IMG/VR virus record: IMGVR_UViG_3300027804_000165
Location: 1-30,380 of that record
DNA: 30,380 nt
Strand: one strand, 5' to 3'
DNA from: a virus
Lineage: Duplodnaviria > Caudoviricetes
A program made the translations under genes and the position numbers. Below the pieces are notes generated by a model. The model searched no databases, was not told where the DNA came from, and worked only from the letters and a program-made list of their open reading frames with translations. Below, piece after piece: positions 18,316 to 25,930 of the stretch. Within the stretch, counting starts at the first letter, position 1; the number at the start of each line of letters is the position of its first letter.

Positions 18316-21300
18316 ATGGGTCTTTTTTCTAAAGTTGCTAATACTGGTTCTTCAACAGACTGGAGGGTTACAAAAAAAGTATGGGCTAAAGTAAACTCTG
18401 GGTGGGTAGCTGCAACAGGTGTTTTTAGCAAAACACTAAATGGCTGGGTAAAAATGTGGCCAGGAAATGCTCCATCTGTTAGATTGTCAGATCCAATTAA
18501 TATTAGGCTTGGAGGATATAATGGATCTGTAGCAACTAGTCCACAATTATTCTGCAGCACAGATGCGGGCACAACTGGTACATTTTTAAAGTTGTGGGGA
18601 AACGACGGATCGTTTGACGGTACAACTCCAATTACAATTTCAAATAGAAGAATGTTATGCTCAGATAATATTGATGGACAAGTAGAAAGATTTAGTTTAA
18701 CTGGAAATGACACAATTGATTTTTCAACGGTAAGTCAAGCAACCAGAGATCTTGCGGAAGGGTATTATATATTTTACCAGCTACTTGCTACAAACGTAGA
18801 TGGTACATTGGATGCATATTCTCAACCGATTAAAGTTATTAAAAGAAAACCAGCGCTAGTTAGCTATACAGTTCTTTCCGAGTCGGGTGGAGTTTTAACT
18901 GGAGAGAGTGGATTTGGCGTAGGAGATATAATTGAAGTAAATGCTCAAATAAGGTGGGGGTGGTGGATTCGTCCAGGTGGTTATCTAGGAGGAACTCCAG
19001 TTTTAAGATGGTGGAGAAATACAAGCAAGTCTCCAGGTGGAACATTATTAAAAGAAATTAATATTGAAACTGGATATGACTATGTTTCTGGGTCATATGA
19101 TTCAACTTATTTATCTAATACAAATACCTCAAATGTTTTAACAATATATAGCAACTATACAGTTGGCTCTAACCCACTTTTAGCTGGAGAGTATATAGTT
19201 GCTCAATTATATTTAGAAAATTCATATACATCTCATTATGCATCTCCAGTAAGTTATTATGGAACAACTGGTTCTGTTCCTTCTATAACAAGTTTAGAAA
19301 TCAAAGGAGTTGAAGGATATGCTGAATATGTTATGGATAATCAATCTACTCCAAGAATTATATCTGATGGCCTAATAGAGATAGTTGCTGAAGTAGCTGA
19401 TTATGAATCTGGAACGACATTTAATTTTGAGCCAAGGATGTACAACGCTGATACTGGGTCTAGTATTACTTACATAAATTATACTACTGGTGCATCAATT
19501 TCTAGTAGCGATTTTCCAACAGATTTATCTCCAACTAGCATAACTACATCTGGAACAACGGCAACAGTAAAATGGCAAACATCTATTCCAGCTAATGGAA
19601 GCACTGTTACACCTAGCGGACCGACCTTTGGTGGAGGACAAGCAAGGTACTACTTTGAATTTAGAGTTAGCGCAACTGCCCCAGGAAAAGCTACAAAGTA
19701 CTACGTTGGAACAGTAAAAAACATGGGTGAAAATATTGGCTATATATTTGATGGATCTCAAGCCAGTATTCCAGTTGCACCATCAACTCTTCCAACATTA
19801 ACTGCTACTCCAACATCTGGTGGTTCGCCTCTTACTGTTACTTTTGGCGTTTCTGCATCAGCCTATCCATCTGGACTAGGATATGCTTCGTACCCAAGAT
19901 CGTACATAATGAACTTTGGAGACGGAAGCGCTGAGGTCGTATCTTGGCCTACAGGAACAAATAATCCAACGTATTCAAATTGGACACACACATATAGTAA
20001 TACTGGAACATATACTGCCCAATTGTATTGGAATCCCCAAGGAAGACTTTCTAGGGGAACAAATCAAAGAGCAATTACTATAGGTAGCGCTCCATCTACT
20101 CCAACATTTCTTACAGCAACAACAAATAGAACAGACGGTGTTCAATTAACATTTGGTGGATCAAATAATGCTACTAGCTACGATATATATTGGAATCCAA
20201 ATATAGGAAATACTCCAACAAATAGCACTAGTCCAGATTTTTATGGAGTCTCTTCTCCATATTTAGATACAGGAATGACCGCTGGTACGACTAGATATTA
20301 TTGGGTTAGAGGAAAAAATTCAGTTGCTACCAGCAATTGGTATCCTGCTGGAAACGGTATACAGGGAACAAGAGCACAGTTAGCAAATCCCACTATTACA
20401 TCATTATCTGCATCTGCACCTTCCACCACAAGCTCCCAGCTTGTTACTGTAACAGTAAGTTGGACTTCAACAAATCAGTCGTCATTTTCTTGTAGCGTAA
20501 CTCAAACTGGGGTTGCAAGTTATACTAAATATGGATCAACTGAAACCTCTGCTAATCAAGCAAGCAGTGGATCATTTTTTAATGTCTACTCTGGAGCTAG
20601 TGCAACTATTTTGCTAAGAGTTTATAACGGTCCACCAGACAGCAACGGGTTTCCAACAGGAACTTATGCAGAAAGCACAATTAGCTATACTCCACCAATT
20701 ACACAGACATACGGTCCATGTGAAGTATGGTATTCAAGCACTACTTATGAATGCTCTGGGACATTTAATAGAGATGTAACTACAACATATTATAGAAGAA
20801 AAATTCTTACAGGTGGTAATTGGGATGGAAGTAGCTATGATTACAGTGAGTCGGCCTGCGCCCCAACTGTAACATATGGCTCATATGTGCTTACTAATGG
20901 AAGATGTGGTCACGTAGATCAACCATTTCAATGGTATTGTTCTATTAACTACTATAGCAATCAATTACCAGACGAACAATATACTTCTAGCTATGATCAA
21001 TCTACGGTAGTATGTAATCAATATAGAATAGTGTGTTCTTATAACAACACTGGATCTTACCCCTTTGCATCAACTCCTCCAGCATGCACTACAACAACAA
21101 CTACTACTACAACTACCACTTCCTGTACCTGTGTATATCAGGATATGGGAAGTTACCATTATTCACCACAATGTTGTCCGTCAGGATCTCCAAGAAGCGG
21201 CTCTTTAAGCGGAACTACTTCTGGATCATGTTGCCCTAATGTTAATAAAATTCAAAGATGGAATTGTAATACGTTTGACGTAAATAACTCATCAAGTGCC

Positions 21301-21381
21301 AACTGGTCTGTTTGCTTTACTGTTGGGCAATGTGCTGCTACATCAAATAGCGCTGGAACCAGAACTACATGCTATATTTAA
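18316..21381 (+). CDS. Putative tail-tip adhesin: Trp-repeat N-terminus, Ig-like/PKD/FN3 domains, Cys-rich C-terminus with poly-Thr
   Basis: PKD motif ('TATPTSGGSPLTVTF...NFGDGS...HTYSNTGTYTAQL'), FN3 motif ('ATSYDIYW...YLDTGMTAGTTRYYWVRGKN'), 18 Cys in the last ~220 aa and an 11-Thr run. Confidence 0.7.
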   Translation: MGLFSKVANTGSSTDWRVTKKVWAKVNSGWVAATGVFSKTLNGWVKMWPGNAPSVRLSDPINIRLGGYNGSVATSPQLFCSTDAGTTGTFLKLWGNDGSFDGTTPITISNRRMLCSDNIDGQVERFSLTGNDTIDFSTVSQATRDLAEGYYIFYQLLATNVDGTLDAYSQPIKVIKRKPALVSYTVLSESGGVLTGESGFGVGDIIEVNAQIRWGWWIRPGGYLGGTPVLRWWRNTSKSPGGTLLKEINIETGYDYVSGSYDSTYLSNTNTSNVLTIYSNYTVGSNPLLAGEYIVAQLYLENSYTSHYASPVSYYGTTGSVPSITSLEIKGVEGYAEYVMDNQSTPRIISDGLIEIVAEVADYESGTTFNFEPRMYNADTGSSITYINYTTGASISSSDFPTDLSPTSITTSGTTATVKWQTSIPANGSTVTPSGPTFGGGQARYYFEFRVSATAPGKATKYYVGTVKNMGENIGYIFDGSQASIPVAPSTLPTLTATPTSGGSPLTVTFGVSASAYPSGLGYASYPRSYIMNFGDGSAEVVSWPTGTNNPTYSNWTHTYSNTGTYTAQLYWNPQGRLSRGTNQRAITIGSAPSTPTFLTATTNRTDGVQLTFGGSNNATSYDIYWNPNIGNTPTNSTSPDFYGVSSPYLDTGMTAGTTRYYWVRGKNSVATSNWYPAGNGIQGTRAQLANPTITSLSASAPSTTSSQLVTVTVSWTSTNQSSFSCSVTQTGVASYTKYGSTETSANQASSGSFFNVYSGASATILLRVYNGPPDSNGFPTGTYAESTISYTPPITQTYGPCEVWYSSTTYECSGTFNRDVTTTYYRRKILTGGNWDGSSYDYSESACAPTVTYGSYVLTNGRCGHVDQPFQWYCSINYYSNQLPDEQYTSSYDQSTVVCNQYRIVCSYNNTGSYPFASTPPACTTTTTTTTTTTSCTCVYQDMGSYHYSPQCCPSGSPRSGSLSGTTSGSCCPNVNKIQRWNCNTFDVNNSSSANWSVCFTVGQCAATSNSAGTRTTCYI
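21088..21120 (+). repeat. Poly-Thr (11 codons, ACN) tract
   Basis: act aca aca aca act act act aca act acc act. Mixed synonymous codons suggest selection at the protein level. Confidence 0.95.
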
Positions 21382-21388
21382 TACCCTC

Positions 21389-21424
21389 TTTACAGAATTG
21401 TTTTGAAATGATACAATATTGATA
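21389..21424 (+). promoter_or_regulatory. Promoter, predicted leaderless transcript for three-gene cassette
   Basis: TTTACA (21389-21394), 17-nt spacer, TG-A-TACAAT (-10 at 21412-21417). ATG 21424 lies 6 nt downstream with no SD. Confidence 0.65.
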
Positions 21425-21816
21425 TGATTAGATATAGTGAAGTAAATTGGTCTACTCCAGGCGTAAAGCAGAATAGAATAGATAATAATATTGAAGGCGG
21501 GAAGCCACTAGCATTTATTATTAATTCTGAAGTTGTAGAGACAATGGCTACAGATAGATGGTTCTCCGATTTTATGGAAACTGTAGAAGAATTTAGAGAG
21601 TCCAGCATTCCACAAGACGGAGAAGAGTACTATGTAGACCTTATTAAAAATAATGAGGTAGTTGAAACCCTAGCTTGTGATGAAATGATATATTCCATAT
21701 TGCTATCAAATGCGAGGGCCGTAGGGTATACAGAAGCAGATAAGTATGCAGAATATATTATTCCAGGATGGAAATATATAAATGGCGAGTTTGTAATACC
21801 AGGAGAGATGGAATGA
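21424..21816 (+). CDS. Hypothetical acidic protein, possible fibre/adhesin assembly chaperone
   Basis: 130 aa with an internal duplication (IINSEVVETMATD / IKNNEVVETLACD). C-terminal 'PGWKYINGEF' recalls tail-fibre assembly proteins, and it follows the adhesin gene. Confidence 0.5.
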   Translation: MIRYSEVNWSTPGVKQNRIDNNIEGGKPLAFIINSEVVETMATDRWFSDFMETVEEFRESSIPQDGEEYYVDLIKNNEVVETLACDEMIYSILLSNARAVGYTEADKYAEYIIPGWKYINGEFVIPGEME

Positions 21817-22091
21817 CAGAAAAAAGTAAATGGGAACTTTATAAAGAAAAGAAACAAGCTGTTTTGCAACAGTCCGCACAGCCAATTGCAGAAGGAGATA
21901 GAGATGCTAGGCCATGGGATCTTCTAGATCCAAGTATGCGTGTTGAAGAAGAAGTAGCTGATCAAAGATACTCTATCTGTCTTTCATGCCCAGAATTAAT
22001 AAATATGACAAAACAGTGCAAGAAGTGTGGATGCTTTATGGCACTAAAGACAAAAGTTAAACACGCCTCCTGCCCAATAGGTAAATGGTAA
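21813..22091 (+). CDS. Small Cys-rich protein (DUF6171-like; CxxC...CxxCGC...CPxGKW)
   Basis: 'RYSICLSCPEL...QCKKCGCFMALK...ASCPIGKW'. The start is reassigned to ATG 21813 (ATGA overlap, GGAG upstream), giving 92 aa. Confidence 0.7.
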   Translation: MTEKSKWELYKEKKQAVLQQSAQPIAEGDRDARPWDLLDPSMRVEEEVADQRYSICLSCPELINMTKQCKKCGCFMALKTKVKHASCPIGKW

Positions 22092-22996
22092 TGACTTCAG
22101 TATTTATTCAAATTCCTTCATATCATGATTATGAACTGGGTAGAACAATAAGAGATGCAATGAATAAAAGCTCTGGAGAAAACCAGATTAATTTTGGAGT
22201 TCATTTGTCATACTATAAAAATAATGACATAAACATACCAAATTTAAATAATATTAAAATTGAAATTAGTAAGGCGCCAAACAATTTAGGGCAAGGAACT
22301 TCTAGACATATTGCAAATGAATTCTATGATGGGGAAGATTATTATCTACAAATCGATTCTCATACAAGATTTGAAGAAGGATGGGACAAGTCATTAATTG
22401 AAAATTATAATTTTTATAAGGACCTCGGCCTAAACCCAGTAATTTCTTGTTATCCTGGTGCATATGAATATAACGAAAATGGTCTTAATATATTAAACGA
22501 TAAAACAAATGTTTCTTATACAGATTTTATACAGGAACTTAGTTTTGAAAACAATGACCACATTCCTCATCAAAGGGCAGTAGCCAATCAATATGGCAAT
22601 ATTTTTACAAGATCCGTGTCTGGTGGATCAATATTTTCAGATGGCAGCATAGCATCAGTTAAGCCTAACAAAGACATGTATTTTTGGGGAGAAGAAATAT
22701 TAACAGCAGTAAGGCTTTATACTCATGGATACGATCTATTACTTCCCAAAAGGCAAAATATATATCATTTATATTATGATGAATCTAAGGGAGAAAGAAA
22801 CCAAAGGCGTCAGGTAGGACAAGACTTCCCTAAACAAATTAGGGAAATAGATGAAAAATCAAAATATGAATTAGCTAATATTATAGACAATAAAATTATT
22901 GGTGAGTATGCCCTAGGCTCGGCAAGAACCCTAGAGGAATATGAACAATTTGCTGGGATAGATTTTGCTTTGAAAAAAGTCTATCAGGTGGTATAA
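22091..22996 (+). CDS. GT60-like polypeptide/hydroxyproline N-acetylglucosaminyltransferase (Pfam 'GlcNAc'-like, GT-A fold)
   Basis: Motifs 'VFIQIPSYHD', 'YYLQIDSHTRF..GWD..LI', 'YFWGEE', 'RLYTHGYD', 'YHLY' and 'LGSARTLEEYEQFAGIDF' match my recollection of the Skp1-Hyp GlcNAc-transferase family. TAATG overlap at 22091. Confidence 0.85.
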   Translation: MTSVFIQIPSYHDYELGRTIRDAMNKSSGENQINFGVHLSYYKNNDINIPNLNNIKIEISKAPNNLGQGTSRHIANEFYDGEDYYLQIDSHTRFEEGWDKSLIENYNFYKDLGLNPVISCYPGAYEYNENGLNILNDKTNVSYTDFIQELSFENNDHIPHQRAVANQYGNIFTRSVSGGSIFSDGSIASVKPNKDMYFWGEEILTAVRLYTHGYDLLLPKRQNIYHLYYDESKGERNQRRQVGQDFPKQIREIDEKSKYELANIIDNKIIGEYALGSARTLEEYEQFAGIDFALKKVYQVV

Positions 22997-23010
22997 TAAT
23001 GGGAGGAGGT
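22989..23010 (+). promoter_or_regulatory. Extended -10 promoter plus SD
   Basis: TGGTATAAT (22989-22997) overlaps the GT stop codon, followed by GGAGGAGG before ATG 23015. Confidence 0.5.
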
Positions 23011-23014
23011 TAAT

Positions 23015-23245
23015 ATGACTATTGAATTAACAAACGAAGAAAAGTTAAATATTGTAAATCAGCACCTTAAGTCTGTTGATTATTCAATTTATGGATTGCA
23101 GTTGGATCTTTTAGAGATAAACTCTATTTCAAATCCAGATGCCTCACAGGTTTCAAATATTAATACTAGAATTACTGCTGCTAATGCAAAAAGAGCAGCC
23201 CTTGTCACGGAAAGAGATTCCCTGACTTCAAATACAGAAGAGTAA
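23015..23245 (+). CDS. Small helical-hairpin hypothetical protein
   Basis: 76 aa with a strong SD and a coiled-coil heptad pattern. Confidence 0.75.
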   Translation: MTIELTNEEKLNIVNQHLKSVDYSIYGLQLDLLEINSISNPDASQVSNINTRITAANAKRAALVTERDSLTSNTEE

Positions 23246-23250
23246 GGTAA

Positions 23251-23454
23251 ATGACAGATAAAGCTCAATTAGTGATAACAGCACTGCAGCAAAGAATAGG
23301 CGAAATTGTTTCAAATTATGAAACTCAAATTGCAATTTTACGTGCAGACTATACAAATATTACGGAACAGCTAGTGCAAAAAGAGAAAGAAAAAGATGCT
23401 AAATTTGAAGCGGCAGAAGCCTATTCAGAAAAGCTTGATAACATTACCAACTAA
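23251..23454 (+). CDS. Small coiled-coil hypothetical protein
   Basis: 67 aa with continuous heptads (LQQRIGEIVSNYETQIAILRADY). Confidence 0.7.
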   Translation: MTDKAQLVITALQQRIGEIVSNYETQIAILRADYTNITEQLVQKEKEKDAKFEAAEAYSEKLDNITN

Positions 23455-23800
23455 TTTTCCTTCAGGTATCGCTGTTAAAACAGATAAAGATACATATTGG
23501 ATAAAAGATGGTAAGAGATATAGATTAATTTCGGATAGAGCCGCCCAGTCTTGGTGCTTTACTACGGTATTGGCAACTGAAGCGGCGTTATCAGGAACTA
23601 AGCTTGTTGGAAAGCTGGGATTCAGAGACGGCACCTTGATCAAGAATCTAGCAGATGGTAAAATGTATCTAGTATCACAAAATAAACTAAGACACATCGT
23701 AGACCCAGACTCGTTTAATCGATATGGTTTAGATAGGTCAAAAATGATTGAGGTTTCTGAAAAAGAAATTTTGTCTCATGATTTAGGAGAAAACTTGTAA
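23396..23800 (+). CDS. Hypothetical protein with two internal repeats
   Basis: 134 aa. 'GIAVKT.KDTYWIKDGKRYRL' and 'GTLIKN.ADGKMYLVSQNKLRHI'. Start position is uncertain. Confidence 0.7.
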   Translation: MLNLKRQKPIQKSLITLPTNFPSGIAVKTDKDTYWIKDGKRYRLISDRAAQSWCFTTVLATEAALSGTKLVGKLGFRDGTLIKNLADGKMYLVSQNKLRHIVDPDSFNRYGLDRSKMIEVSEKEILSHDLGENL

Positions 23801-24222
23801 TGGCAATACCTACATTTAACGATGGCGATCCAATTGACGCATCCGTAATCCAGTCCTTGGCTCAAGAAGTTGCTAAGCTTCAGGCCAGTATTCCAAAAAC
23901 AACAACAGCTGGAACGACAATCAACTTCGAAGCATCTACAGCAGGAGATCTTACAATCCCTAAATTTGTTGCTGGAATATCAGACACAGTAATACTAAAA
24001 GCTGGAACATGGACTCCATTTACAATCAATATATCTGGACTAGGGGCTAAGCCTAAATCAATTATACTTACCCAATACTATTCGGGAAAAAATCAAGCTT
24101 TAATTTATGCTCCACAGGTTGTTTCATTAACTGATACTTCAGCAAATTGTAAAGTTAGATGCGTAGGCGGAGATGCTGCATATGGCGGAAACTGCAAATT
24201 CTACTACCTAGCATTTGCATAA
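23800..24222 (+). CDS. Putative minor virion/tail protein
   Basis: 140 aa. N-terminal 'PTFNDGDPIDAS.IQSL' anchor-like motif, short coil, then a beta-rich C-terminus ending 'FYYLAFA'. Confidence 0.5.
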   Translation: MAIPTFNDGDPIDASVIQSLAQEVAKLQASIPKTTTAGTTINFEASTAGDLTIPKFVAGISDTVILKAGTWTPFTINISGLGAKPKSIILTQYYSGKNQALIYAPQVVSLTDTSANCKVRCVGGDAAYGGNCKFYYLAFA

Positions 24223-24228
24223 TACCTA

Positions 24229-24256
24229 TTGACAACCTAGCTTTATATGCTACAAT
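24229..24256 (+). promoter_or_regulatory. Near-consensus sigma70/SigA promoter at start of replication module
   Basis: TTGACA (24229-24234), 16-nt spacer, TG-C-TACAAT (-10 at 24251-24256). Confidence 0.75.
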
Positions 24257-24270
24257 TTAGATAATATCAA

Positions 24271-24295
24271 GGTCACGACTCCGTGACCCTTTTTT
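24271..24295 (+). terminator. Intrinsic terminator
   Basis: GGTCACG-ACTC-CGTGACC (7-bp stem) followed by CTTTTTT. Confidence 0.75.
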
Positions 24296-24310
24296 ACGCA
24301 GGGAAGTTAA

Positions 24311-25111
24311 ATGACAAACGATTTAAAATGGATGTTGTCATCCGATCAGCAATTTCCTTATCAGGATGATAAGATGATTGCGCTATGGTTTAAGGTCATG
24401 AAATGGTTTAAGCCAGATGTAGTTGATTATCTAGGCGATACAGATGACCAGGCTTGCTATAGCAAATATACAGAAGGAAGATCTGCAGAGTTTCTTCAAC
24501 TTCATAAGGACGACAGCCGTGATTTAATTGTCCCAATGATGCGCCATGAAGCAAAAGGCGCAAGAGATTTTTATGCAAAGACAAGAGATATGCTTCCAGA
24601 TGCACAATTATTTTCAGCACTAGGAAACCACGATATACGTATCTTTGATTATATAGACAAAAAGCTTCCAGACTATGCAAAAGATGTTACTCCAGAGTCA
24701 CTATGGTCTTTAGATTCATTAGGTTACGAATATATTTATTATGACTCACTCCCTAAGCGCCGCTTTGGAGATGTTCACGTACACCATGGTATTTCTATTG
24801 CAGCAACTGGTTCAGTAAGAAAAGATATGGAAGACCTACAAGTATCATTAATCCGTGGCCACTCGCACAGAATTGCTTCTCATATGGTAACATATGAACT
24901 TAGAAATGGTGGCGAAGGAGAAACTCTTCGTGGCTATGAAATTGGTCATATGTGTGATGAAAAGGGGCCAGGCATGAAGTACACTCAGCACCACGATTGG
25001 CAAAAAGGTTTTGCTATTGCACATATTGTAAACGATTATCCTCATATTCAAATGATTCATATTGCTCCAGACTACTCATGCGTTGTGGACGGAAAGACAT
25101 TCACGCTATGA
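24311..25111 (+). CDS. Calcineurin-like metallophosphoesterase
   Basis: Motifs SDQQ, YLGD..D, GNHD, HHG and GHSH in the canonical order. Confidence 0.9.
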   Translation: MTNDLKWMLSSDQQFPYQDDKMIALWFKVMKWFKPDVVDYLGDTDDQACYSKYTEGRSAEFLQLHKDDSRDLIVPMMRHEAKGARDFYAKTRDMLPDAQLFSALGNHDIRIFDYIDKKLPDYAKDVTPESLWSLDSLGYEYIYYDSLPKRRFGDVHVHHGISIAATGSVRKDMEDLQVSLIRGHSHRIASHMVTYELRNGGEGETLRGYEIGHMCDEKGPGMKYTQHHDWQKGFAIAHIVNDYPHIQMIHIAPDYSCVVDGKTFTL

Positions 25112-25296
25112 TGAAATGTCAAAGGTGCGGTGGAAGAGTGTTTGTAGACAGAGTTTTTTCTCAAAAACTACACACGGAGTTGTTTTGCATCCTTTGCGGA
25201 AAGCGATGGATGATCAATAAAGAAACGAATGCATTCGGTAAATGGCTAGAAAAAACAGACAGGGACTACGCAAAAAATTCGTCTATTTCTTCTTAA
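25108..25296 (+). CDS. Small zinc-ribbon protein
   Basis: CQRCGG...CILCG. The start is reassigned to ATG 25108 (ATGA overlap), giving 62 aa. Confidence 0.75.
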   Translation: MMKCQRCGGRVFVDRVFSQKLHTELFCILCGKRWMINKETNAFGKWLEKTDRDYAKNSSISS

Positions 25297-25724
25297 ATGG
25301 CAAGCTACATAAAGTACTTAAGCTATCAAGAGCAAAAGATGAGTTGATTGCTTGGTGTTATTTAGATAAAAAAAGGATGATGTATTCTTATTCTCAAGTA
25401 GATAAGAATATGGAAAAAGCCTATACTGTAATAGAAGTTAGTAAAATTCTAGGTAGACATAGGGTTACTATAGAAGAATATATTTTACAGGGCAAAATTA
25501 AACAGCCTCAAAAAATGTATCCAATTAGTAATCCAGATAGTAAATGGTCTAAGTACATGTTGTCTGAATCGGACATATTGGACATTCATGAATTTATTAT
25601 TGATGCTGGACACATAAGAGATTTGCCGTCAAAGTCGGAACTTAGGGCCCTTCTCAAACATAATTTAATATTGTATACTAAGACAGAAGATGGAAAATTT
25701 GTACCTGTATGGAAGGCGGAGTAA
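25242..25724 (+). CDS. Helix-turn-helix DNA-binding protein (MerR/excisionase-like)
   Basis: 'AYTVIEVSKILGRHRVTIEEYILQGKIKQP' winged-HTH pattern. Confidence 0.75.
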   Translation: MARKNRQGLRKKFVYFFLNGKLHKVLKLSRAKDELIAWCYLDKKRMMYSYSQVDKNMEKAYTVIEVSKILGRHRVTIEEYILQGKIKQPQKMYPISNPDSKWSKYMLSESDILDIHEFIIDAGHIRDLPSKSELRALLKHNLILYTKTEDGKFVPVWKAE

Positions 25725-25930
25725 TGGCAGAAACAAGAGTTAAAGTGGATCTATCGTTCACACGCAATCTAGGAAACTATGAAAGCATAAGAATTAATAT
25801 TGGCGTTGAAGATGATGTTAGAAATGGTGAGAATGTGGATTCGGCTACGGAAAGAGTCTACACTTTTGTAGAAAATAAGCTTATTGAAAAAACTCGTGAA
25901 GTAGAGCAGGAATTAAAGAATGGCAAATGA
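25724..25930 (+). CDS. Small phage hypothetical protein
   Basis: 'TRNLGNYESIRI' motif. The start is reassigned to ATG 25724 (TAATG overlap). Confidence 0.7.
   Translation: MAETRVKVDLSFTRNLGNYESIRINIGVEDDVRNGENVDSATERVYTFVENKLIEKTREVEQELKNGK

Noticed and set aside
20700-21381. Diversity-generating retroelement variable region at adhesin C-terminus
   Set aside because: No template repeat or reverse transcriptase is visible in this window. One elsewhere in the genome cannot be excluded.
22091-22996. Glycosyltransferase as a DNA-hypermodification enzyme
   Set aside because: The motifs fit protein-directed GT60 rather than T4-type DNA glucosyltransferases, no hydroxymethylase is seen in the window, and the context is tail genes. 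Not fully excluded.
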